A stretch of DNA of 63,563 bases, the filler included, from Octopus bimaculoides (taxonomy: Eukaryota): the NCBI RefSeq assembly GCF_001194135.2. It is 7 parts of 6 records of this genome, joined end to end, with 100 filler letters (N's around TTAATTAATTAA, not from the genome) between each part and the next. Parts side by side here need not be neighbours in the genome. Positions count along the whole stretch, not along the records: positions 51,561 to 56,986 come from NW_026416016.1; positions 57,087 to 61,261 come from NC_069005.1; positions 61,362 to 63,563 come from NC_068989.1; 4 more parts are not named here. One strand, written 5' to 3'. Below are positions 53,480 to 63,563 of this stretch, in pieces; position 1 is the first letter of the stretch, and each line of letters begins with the position of its first letter. The position numbers were made by a program, and so were the translations under genes. A model generated the notes under the pieces. That model saw only the letters and a list, made by a program, of their open reading frames with translations. It made no database searches and was not told where the DNA came from.

Positions 53480-54540
53480 TTTTTCTTTGGTGCACCTCCA
53501 TATTCCGGAGGTGTGTGCATGCGCGCGCGCGTAATTCTTTTGGAGATTGGGGAGGTGTTGACTCCTCATTTTAATGTACTGTATGTTTGTGTTGTTATGA
53601 GATTCAATTACTTGCTTCGTGTTACATCAGTGTTTGTTCTGTTGTTTGTGATGTTTTTAATGTTGGTTGCATTATTTTATTGGGCTTTAATCTTGAGTAG
53701 TATACGTCGCATCAGTTGTGTCGTTTTAGATTATTACGTGCTTATATTGACATAGTGTATTTGGTGGGTGTGAAAATTGTTCTGTTTGAGCTATTCTATT
53801 GAATTGTGAGCTATTCTATTGGATGGGGACTTGCTCAGAATGTGGGCCGTTCCTATCAGAGCAATTTTTTGGACAGTGCGTAGTTTTATGAGCCCTTGTA
53901 TGGCTTCAATGTTTCTTTTCATATTTTAAATTATGCCTAATTACAAGTGGTATTACTTTTGCCCCCTTATAACCCCTCCTCCTCCTCCTCCTCATCAGCA
54001 TCATCATTTAACATGATTTTCATACCGACATAGGTTGGACGACTTGGCAGGAGGTGGCTAGCCAGGGAGCTGTCCGGACTTCAGTTGTCTGTTTTGGCAT
54101 GGTTTCTATGGCTGGATGCCCTTCCTAATGCTAACCACTTTACAGAGTGTGATGGGTGCCCTTTACATGCCACCAGCACACGTGCGTTTACGCAGCACTG
54201 GCACGAGTGCGTTTTACGTGACACCAGCACGAGTGCATTTTATGTGACACTGGTATGAGTGCATTTTATGTGGAACGGGCATCTGGAAAGGACATGCTTG
54301 TATGTATGAATGATCGTGGTTTTACTGGGCTTGATGCGTCTTCTCAAGTACAGAAAATAGCTGTTTCAGATCCTTGTGTTTGGTAAGTTTTCATCTTCTT
54401 TCCTGGCAATATATTTATCAGAAGGGATTGTGATATCTATCAGTATCAATGCATTTGTTTTTTAGTCTTTAATGGTTGATTGGACAGTTTGCCTTGATCT
54501 CTTTGCCAGTTTGTAAATTTGGAAAGGGGCTTACCAGACT
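53480..54540 (-). mobile_element. 3' end of an RLE-type (R4/Dong-like) non-LTR retrotransposon, interrupted
   Basis: 54345-54520 minus: QTGKEIKANCP...LIDITIPSDKYIARKEDE..KHKDLK (PD-(D/E)xK endonuclease). 53840-53975 minus: VIRGAKVIPLVI...IEAIQGLIKLRTVQKIALIGTAHILSK. The left boundary is approximate. Confidence 0.82.
53990..54330 (-). mobile_element. RTE-tail retroposon nested in the RLE LINE, with ~21-bp internal minisatellite
   Basis: CATCAT tail, GGATGCCCTTCCTAATGCTAACCACT motif, and repeated GCACGAGTGC.TTTTA.GTGACAC units. Confidence 0.75.
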
Positions 54541-54551
54541 ATACAGGCCAA

Positions 54552-54589
<38 letters not shown>

Positions 54590-54591
<2 letters not shown>

Positions 54592-54770
54592 GCATGAGAG
54601 AGCAGTGCATGCCATCAAAGTGACACTGGGGTAAAATATACGCAGCCCAGTGTACCCACCATGACTACCCTAATATTCTATCAGGGTCTTTTGCTAACCG
54701 CTAAGATACGACAATATAATCACATCAGCATTGGTTATCAATTGATGGTGGGGAAAAAAACAGAGACACA
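54590..54770 (-). mobile_element. SINE family B-related 3' tail variant
   Basis: ATTCTATCAGGGTCTTTTGCTAACCGCTAAG...GTTATCAA..GATGGTGGGG..AAACAGAGACAC aligns with family B tails. Confidence 0.6.
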
Positions 54771-54824
54771 CATATACATACATACATACATATATACATA
54801 CATGCATGCATACATACATGGATA

Positions 54825-54867
<43 letters not shown>

Positions 54868-54877
54868 NNNNNNNNNN

Positions 54878-55123
54878 TGCGTTTACGCAGCACTGGCACG
54901 AGTGCGTTTTACGTGACACCAGCACGAGTGCATTTTATGTGACACTGGTATGAGTGCATTTTATGTGGAACGGGCATCTGGAAAGGACATGCTTGTATGT
55001 ATGAATGATCGTGGTTTTACTGGGCTTGATGCGTCTTCTCAAGTACAGAAAATAGCTGTTTCAGATCCTTGTGTTTGGTAAGTTTTCATCTTCTTTCCTG
55101 GCAATATATTTATCAGAAGGGAT
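54878..55123 (+). repeat. 246-bp direct duplicate of 54183-54428
   Basis: Identical by eye; begins immediately after a 10-N gap. Confidence 0.9.
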
Positions 55124-55629
55124 AGTAATCTTTTAATAGAAAGTGTTAGAGTAAGTGCAAGCAGTATATTTCCAGGCACTTTGCTGACAATGGGTTGTTA
55201 GCGTAATGAGAGATACAGTACTGGGAAGTTTATTGATTGGCAGTGTATTGGCAGTGAAGTGATAGTGGTGGCGGTGTATAGTGTATTGGGAGTAAAAGAA
55301 TCGGTACACTGTTTAATGGTGAATATTTGCTCAGAGAAAAGCATTCTAACAGTATTTCAATAAACTGAGCTGGAATAAAGTGTATTCATAGAAACTTTGG
55401 TGAATCAAATCAGGTCTACGTAAAATATCGTCGTCATCCTCCCCCTCCCCATCATCATCATCGTCGTCATAATTGTCATCGTCATCATTTTAATCATCAC
55501 CCTCTTCATCGTCATCACATCAACATCACCTTAATCATCATCCTCGTCACCATCATCACCACCATTATCGTCATCTTCAATATCCTTATCACATTTTTCT
55601 TGTTTCAATGTAAACTTACATATATGGAC

Positions 55630-55664
55630 AACAACAACAACAACAACAACAACTACTACTACTA

Positions 55665-55713
<49 letters not shown>

Positions 55714-55790
55714 TGCTGCTACTGTTGCTACTGCTACTGTTGCTACCCACCACCATCACCACATCACCGCCACTCGCACCGCCGCCACCT
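55630..55790. repeat. Compound trinucleotide microsatellite (AAC)(TAC)(TGC)(CAC)
   Basis: Read directly from the sequence. Confidence 0.95.
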
Positions 55791-56690
55791 TCTCCGCTAT
55801 CACCACCTTCTCCGCTATTTAAAAATTCAAGTTTCACGAAAGGAAGATTCCACTGAGAAGACTTGTGGTTGAGAATTAAGGTGTGATGACTTTCAAGCGA
55901 AATAGTGTTAGAATATAACGGCATCAATGAATAATAAGAAGCGTTTGTGAAAAGTTGGGGTTTCAGCATCTGCTAAAGTGTCAAGTAAGAGAGAACGAGA
56001 TCAACTTGGAAGCATCTGTTAAAATGGAATTCAATTTCTCTGCATGAATTCCGCATGAATAAAGAATTCAAGAAAAAGAAAGATGAAACAAAGTATTGAT
56101 CGCAAGAAAATTTGTAGGAAGCAAAGACAACGAATTCGTTATTAAAAGAGAAAAAATCTAGAAAAGAACCGATGATCGAGGAAAGAAAAAACTCACCGCA
56201 CAGCGAAAGCTGAGAGCTGAGTATATGTTCCATGTAATGTAAAATTCAAATGTAATAAAAAAAATTATATCAAAATAAATCTAACAGAGAAATTAAAAGT
56301 TTTTACCACTGGATATCTAAAAAGTTTAGATTGAATTATTTCAAAAAATATTTAAATTGTGTATGAAAGAATGAAAGCTGGTAATTTCTTTACTTCGAGC
56401 TATTTATTCTTTTAATGAAAAACATAAAATGTTGTAGAAAATCTTCGTTCTTGTCTTTCTGAGATAGTCAGTTGTGGTATTTATTCTTTGGCACTTGTTC
56501 CATTTAAGTTTTGTGCTGGATTTGAACTCACGACTTTTGAGGAGAGATGAAAAGAGAGAGTGAGTGAGAGCAAGAAAGTGAGAGAGAAAGTGTGCTTGTG
56601 TTTGGGTAGAGTAATGAAGATGTAGAGAGATGTGAAATATGAAACATGGATAAATAAATATGTATGTGTATATATATACGTCTATGTATA

Positions 56691-56724
<34 letters not shown>

Positions 56725-57086
56725 GAGGAATTCCAATCACGTTTCGTGGTTTGCTACCTCAACAGCTTCTTTATAGGATCCAGTGGCTAAAGACATCATC
56801 AGGAGGAACTACGTCCTGTTTCGGCCTCTACTCCCCTACGTTTTCGACGTGGAAGCCGTCCCCTTGTGGGAGGTGTCTTCAGCTCTGGTGTTGAGTGCAT
56901 TTTTTCTTTCTTCTTTTCTTCTTTGATTTCTTCGATGTAGCGTCAACGAATGTCGGCGGGAAAATGAGCATCCAGCCAAGTTTCCCNNNNNNNNNNNNNN
57001 NNNNNNNNNNNNNNNNNNNNNNNNNNNNNNTTAATTAATTAANNNNNNNNNNNNNNNNNNNNNNNNNNNNNNNNNNNNNNNNNNNN

Positions 57087-57378
57087 CCTGACTGGCTCCT
57101 GTAGGATTTTCGAGCGAGATCGTTGCCAGTGCCCCTGGACTGGCTTGTGCGGGTGGCACATAAAAGACACCATTTCGAGCGTGGCCGTTTTCGTGCGGGT
57201 GACACGTAAAAGCACCCACTACACTCTCTGAGTGGTTGGCGTTAGGAAGGGCATCCAGCTGTAGAAACTCTGCCAAATCAGACTGGAGCCTGGTGTTGCC
57301 ATCCGGTTTCACCAGTCCTCAGTCAAATCGTCCAACCCATGCTAGCATGGAAAGCGGACGTTAAACGATGATGATGAT
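57087..57378 (+). mobile_element. RTE LINE 3' UTR copy
   Basis: Highly similar to 2950-3250; ends GGAAAGCGGACGTTAAACGATGATGAT. Confidence 0.88.
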
Positions 57379-57500
57379 AGACATAAATACAAATACACCT
57401 GTATATAGATATAGCTATTGATATAGATATGTATAGAAACATATATATATATACACATACATACCTATATATATCCTTACATGTGTGTGTGTGTGTGCAT

Positions 57501-57544
<44 letters not shown>

Positions 57545-57869
57545 CAGATGTGAGTGTGGAAAATGTAAGAAATGTGAATTGCGAACACTAAACTAAACGC
57601 CGTGTCCTCATGTTGGTGGAGTTTAATTGCATTATAGAACCATCTTCAAGAATAGAAATGTTATTAGCGACGGACAGTTACATGCGTGATGTAATAATTA
57701 CAGCTAACACTCATTAGATCTGTTTGGAACTCAAAAAGGAGGCTTCTCCATGCAAGAGAGCGGACAGACAAGCGTATTATGTAATTACAACATAACACAG
57801 AAGATAGTCTGTCAACGATGTTTTTATTCTGGTAACTGTGCTATGCAGGTGTGTGCATGTGTCTGTTTA

Positions 57870-57919
<50 letters not shown>

Positions 57920-58080
57920 TATATAGATATATGCATGTGTGTATGTATGTATCTCTGTATGCAGGTAAATATATGTATATGTAGGTATGCATAGAAATAT
58001 ATGCGTGTGTTTATGTATGTATGTATGTATGTATATAGGTATGTAAATACATGTGTATTTATGCATGTGTGTGTTAATCC

Positions 58081-58430
58081 TCATCATCGTCATCATCATC
58101 ATCATCATCATCGTCATCATCATCATCATCATTTAACGTCCGTTTTCCATGCTGGCGTGGGTTGGACAGTTCGACTGGAGTCTGGGAAGCCAGGAGGCTG
58201 ACACCAGGCTCCAGTCTGATCTGGCAATGTTTCTACAGCTGGATGCCCTTCCCAATGCCAACCACTTCAAGAGTATAGGGGGTGCTTTCTTTACATGCCA
58301 CCAGCACAGGCCGGGGATCGGGTGGGGCTGGCATCAACCATGATCAAATGGTGCTTTTTATGTGCCACCGGCATGGAGTCCACAACTACCAGGGCTTTTG
58401 TGTTACCCCTATTGCCAGGAATCTTTCAGC
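58081..58430 (-). mobile_element. RTE-tail retroposon copy
   Basis: (CAT)n-TTAACGTCCGTTTTCCATGCTGGC.TGGGTTGGAC...CTACAGCTGGATGCCCTTCC. Confidence 0.85.
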
Positions 58431-58860
58431 ACCCCTCATATGTGTATGTGTTTATATCTGTATATATATATAAATTGTAAATCCAAAAAATAACAACAAA
58501 AATACAAAGGATTCTGCGGTACACGTGTTTCAAGCTTTATATCAGTGTATAATTTACAATACAAAGCTATCTTCAGCCGCAAAAGTATTTCTCTCCCAGG
58601 AAATTACATCACATCAGCGTTAAATGAGGAAGAAAGGTGTGATATAAGAGGTGAAGATCCTTTCGGTATTTTGTATAGTACTATACCTCGTATAATTCTC
58701 AATTTACACATAACTTCTTCGGTCCTCCGAAAACCGTCCATACCTTATATATATATATTACCATTCAAAACTTTTATTCTTTACAAACAATACAAAATGC
58801 TTCAAGCGAACTACAATACTCTCCTATATATATTTATATATATATATATATATAGTAGTT

Positions 58861-59100
58861 CTAAACTCTCGGAGTGGTTAGCCTACACTCTCGGAATGAC
58901 TACACTCTCGGAGTGGTTCTACACTCTCAGAGTAGCTACACTCTCGGAGTGGTTGGCGTTGGGAAGAGCATCCAACTGTAGAAACTCTGCCAGATCAGAT
59001 TGGAGCTTGGTGCAGCCTTCTGGCTTGCCAGTCCTCAGTCAAATCGTCCAACCCATGCTAGCATGGAAAGCGGACGTTAAACAATGATGATGATGATGAT
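58861..59100 (+). mobile_element. RTE-tail copy with five tandem reiterations of its 5' junction motif
   Basis: CTAMACTCTCRGARTR units at 58861, 58883, 58900, 58919 and 58936, followed by the normal tail. Confidence 0.85.
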
Positions 59101-59159
59101 ATATATATATATATATATATGATGATATATGTATATGTATACTAATGTTTTATATATAA

Positions 59160-59205
<46 letters not shown>

Positions 59206-59309
59206 CACACATGCACATACAGAAAGAGAGAAAGAGTAAGAGAGGAAGTTTCTAGTGGCTCGAGAATATCCTCCCAGGATATTCCACAGAGTGTTTGGCA
59301 AATGAACAG

Positions 59310-59900
59310 AGATTATGGTTGTAGTAGTGGTGACGATGATGATGATGTTGGTGGTGGTTGTGATGCTGGAATTACTGATAGCGATGATGATGATGATGAT
59401 GTTTATAATGACAGCATTGATAACTACTGTTCTTGGTGGCAGTAATGGTGATGGTAACGATGATGATGATGATGATGGTTATGACAGTGATGATGATTAT
59501 GATGATGGTAGGGATGGGGAAAATGATCATGGCTATAATGATGGCAATGATTCTGATGCTATTGATAACGATGACAGTGATGATGGCGACGACAATCATA
59601 TTGCTGCTTCTGGTCGCTGCGCTACTGATAGTGATGATGGCGATGATGATAATGATGATTACGTTGACGATGATTCTATTTCTGGCAGCAGCAATAGTAA
59701 TGCCGATAATGGTGGAGATGGTGATGACAACGATGATAATAATAATAATAATGATGATGATGACGATGACGATAGAGTTGTTTCTGGTTGCTGCTAATTA
59801 TTACTGCAACGATGATGACGACGATGACGACAATTGTGATAATGGAATCGGTGGAGCTGGCATCGACGCCGATAGTGACGCAGGCAGGTATGGAAGAGGC
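59310..59900. repeat. Degenerate (GAT)n-based low-complexity tract
   Basis: GAT/GAC/GGT/AAT-rich; produces overlapping Asp-rich and Met-rich ORFs. Confidence 0.85.
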
Positions 59901-60311
59901 GTCGGAGTGTTAGTGGTTGTGATAGGCATAGATGTGAGTGGGCCGGGACAGCAGGAAGTTTCAATGGGAGTTAAATCTTGTTAATGTATTTCCAATAGAA
60001 AGTTTAAGCTCTTAATGAAGATTCGTTTCACTAAACATGTTAAAGTTGTGAAAACAACAACAACAACCACAACAACAGCAGCATGTTTTATTTGTATATT
60101 TATATGTTTATTTATGATTTTGTTACTTTTGTTTCGCATATTTTTGTTGATCCCTTTTAGATTTCATTATTCGTCTTTTGTTGTTTTGTATCATTCGTTC
60201 TATGTCTTCTTCTTCCTCCTCTTTGCTTGTATAATACGCCTTCCTTCCTCACTTCCTTTCAGCCTTTCTCTCTCCTCTATCACATACGTATACACACACA
60301 TGCAATAGCAT

Positions 60312-60730
<419 letters not shown>

Positions 60731-61361
60731 TATAGGTATGCAGATATACACACTAACGCACATGTGTGTACACTAATATGTCTTCATTTCTTTTTACGCT
60801 ACATCCGCTTATAATTGCTTACCACAACAAACACTTTCAGTAGCTTTGCCACTGGCGCCACCACCACCACCACCACCACCACCACCACACTACCACGACC
60901 AGTAACAGCAACAACAATCATCATTTTCATCAAAATTCCCCGCTACCAACACCAGCACCAGGAATCATCATCATCATCATCGCTACCACCATAGCTATTT
61001 CTTCCAGCACCACCACCCCCATCACCACTATCAGAGCTCTACAGCTTCATGCTACCATAATAGCTAAAATGCCCACCACCACCACCACCACCACCAAACC
61101 ACCATCTTACCAATCACTCCTCCACCATCACGCCACCACCACCACCACCATCCCGTCACTAATTAAATTCCAGGTTTGCATTTACAAACGCCACAATCTG
61201 ATTGTTCATTTAAAAGTGATAAATCAGAATGCAAACGAAGAATTTATCAAATCCATCCCATNNNNNNNNNNNNNNNNNNNNNNNNNNNNNNNNNNNNNNN
61301 NNNNNTTAATTAATTAANNNNNNNNNNNNNNNNNNNNNNNNNNNNNNNNNNNNNNNNNNNN

Positions 61362-61393
<32 letters not shown>

Positions 61394-61405
61394 TGTGTAT
61401 GTATA

Positions 61406-63527
61406 CTAGCAAATGCACACGCCTTTGGTACGGCGTGATGTATTATAACAGTGCACTCCTGTGGAAGGTTTAAGTTCAATTAGCCGGTCTTTTCAAGTTG
61501 ATAATCGTAAAATGTATAATTACCATTTTCGTTAGCATTTTATATGATATTAAGAAACTTAGGTAATGAATAAATATTTTTGAACACAAATTTGCCAGTT
61601 AGAAATAAATGCCTGTCCATGAAATGAGTTCGCAATCGCAATTACAGTAGGCATTAGGGATCACATATGTTGTAGTGTTTTGTTTGATGTACTTATTTTT
61701 TTCATAATGCCGGGCATAACCGCACCGAAGCTTTTTTTTTCAATGAAAATCATGTATGTTAAAGGAAAGCAAACATTTATAATAAACGAGCATATCGAAT
61801 AATGGCATGTACAAAAATAAATGTCAGAGCATGCTTATGAGCGAACAGCGTGCGTGAAGCAGGAAGGGTTATTGAAGGTAATGTACTGTTAACAGCAATC
61901 AGGGAAATGAAGCAAAATATCAATGGAATGCTTGCAGGAAGTCTGATTAGCTAACGGCTACAGTTTGGCATCGATGTGAAGAATACAGTAGAGGAATAAC
62001 TACTGTAAGACTGCTTTATAGACGACGTTTTATGTTTTGTTTTTCCTTCAGGAGCATAGATGAATAAGTTGTCTGGATGGCCAACTCTGGAACAACCGAC
62101 GTAGAACTGTCCATGTAAAAATCCCGATGTTCAAAGGTCCAATCCGACAACTTTCAGTATCTGTCCTTGGGCTTTTTTAATTGTCATGGCGAAGCTGATC
62201 TTCAGAGGAAACTGAAGTCTCTTCATGGGGTAGGGGCAGTCTGTTGGGGTTAGCGGAATTTTCGGAATGAAAACGGTATCGCTTTTGCTGTGTCCCGTGA
62301 TAATTTGGGCTTCAATGATGTGGTCCATCATTTGTTTGACCATAAGGAGAGTTCCATCGCATTGTGTGGGTGCGTTTAGATTGTGTAGGAGGATGGCAGC
62401 GCAACGGACTTTTAAGTGAAGTTCATGGGGAGGGAGTTCTGGAAGATCTTGGGAGTTGAGAAATTCTGTTGGAAAGTGTGTAGCTTGATCGAGGTCGGTA
62501 ACGGTGTCAACTGATCTGTAACAAGTAGCTGACTCAGTAACTTATAGTTAAGAGTGTTGACAGCTGCATTTGTGGGTGAAAGAAGAGCCCTGTCGCAAAG
62601 CCAATCTGGTTTTATATATACTCTTGTAAGATTTGGGTAAATAGCAAAACATACATCATCAAGGCTGGAGACAGTTTGACCAATGGTGGTAGTGTCAATG
62701 TATCCGTTGTAATCGGACGCAATTTGTCCATTGCCGATTTTAAGGAGCATTTCCTGAAATCGGGTTGTAGGATAACCACTCTGTAGGAGTTATCTTAGCT
62801 GAATGTGACTTGTTTCGACTGGACATGTGATTAAAGGAGGGATTTTTTAAGGCAGGCATTAAGTTCATCAGCGGGTGTTCCTTTTGGGATAACAGGCACC
62901 TGCAAGGGTGTTGTTGTTTGATCTAAGGTCTCTCCTTGTGATACCAAGTACTTGTAGGGAACATTTATGGGACATATTTGCTTCATCCCAAACAATGAGT
63001 TTGCAATTTGCAATTTTTAAAAATTGTCGCTTCGTTCGAGGAATGCATGATGTGGCACGTTGGGTTTTCTTCATGTGCTACATTGAAAGGCAATTTGAAT
63101 GTAGAGTGTGCTGTTAGTCCGTCATCGAGAAGAGACGATGCTATTCCTCAGGAGGCAACAACAATAGCAAGGTCATTTGTACACGGCTGGATCCAACTGC
63201 GTAGGACGGCCTTGTTTTGGTCGTAGAATGCTACGTTGATGTGTGCATGAAATGTATTGCAGAGCATTTTGTTGTGGGGTACGGCCCTCCGATTGTCAGC
63301 CAAAAATTACACTTTTACTTACCGTGTAGGGTGCCAATTAATTTCTGACTGTTACTTCGCAAAGTACAGATCCTCTGACTCTAGAAGCCGCATTAGTCCA
63401 TATTATTCCATAAGGGAAAAACCTAAATAGTGTACAGCCATCTGTGGAACTTAAGTGGCGTATTTCCCAAGCGTGAACGAAATCGGATGAAAAATATTGA
63501 TTTTACGTGGGATCAACGTAATGGTCA

Positions 63528-63563
<36 letters not shown>
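61406..63563 (-). mobile_element. Helitron, internally deleted, with decayed PIF1-type helicase
   Basis: Minus strand: GIASSLL..GLTAHSTFKLP, KLIVWDE, VIPKGTPADELNACLK, RALLSPTN, FIPKIPL...LQFPLKISFAMTIKKAQGQ, HGQFYVGCSRVG. The 3' end has hairpin CACGCC/GGCGTG (61418-61437), an 8-nt spacer and terminal CTAG|T (61406). Confidence 0.93.

Overview
AT-rich, microsatellite-dense and heavily gapped animal genomic DNA. The repeat complement suggests a cephalopod, probably Octopus; this is inference from recalled repeat families and not a database result. I found no host protein-coding gene I can support, so the window looks intergenic or deep-intronic. Recognisable coding sequence is all decayed transposon: two mariner copies (one full length with TIRs and TA flanks), a DD37D-like Tc1/mariner element with TIRs, a pogo-like remnant, several RTE LINE fragments, a CR1 fragment, a LINE ORF1 with a zinc knuckle, an R4/Dong-type RLE LINE 3' end, a Penelope GIY-YIG fragment and an internally deleted Helitron with an intact 3' hairpin+CTAG. 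There are also many copies of three tRNA-derived SINE families and an RTE-tail family. The most interesting signal is RNA structure. Three unrelated type I hammerhead ribozyme folds can be drawn by hand (3363-3407, 15614-15655, 26821-26887), all with short palindromic stem III, along with decayed relatives. The 26.8-27.0 kb example has a canonical core and sits in a ~200-nt highly structured unit that could be a retrozyme-like element. Six identical 100-bp N44-TTAATTAATTAA-N44 blocks are assembly spacers, not biology.
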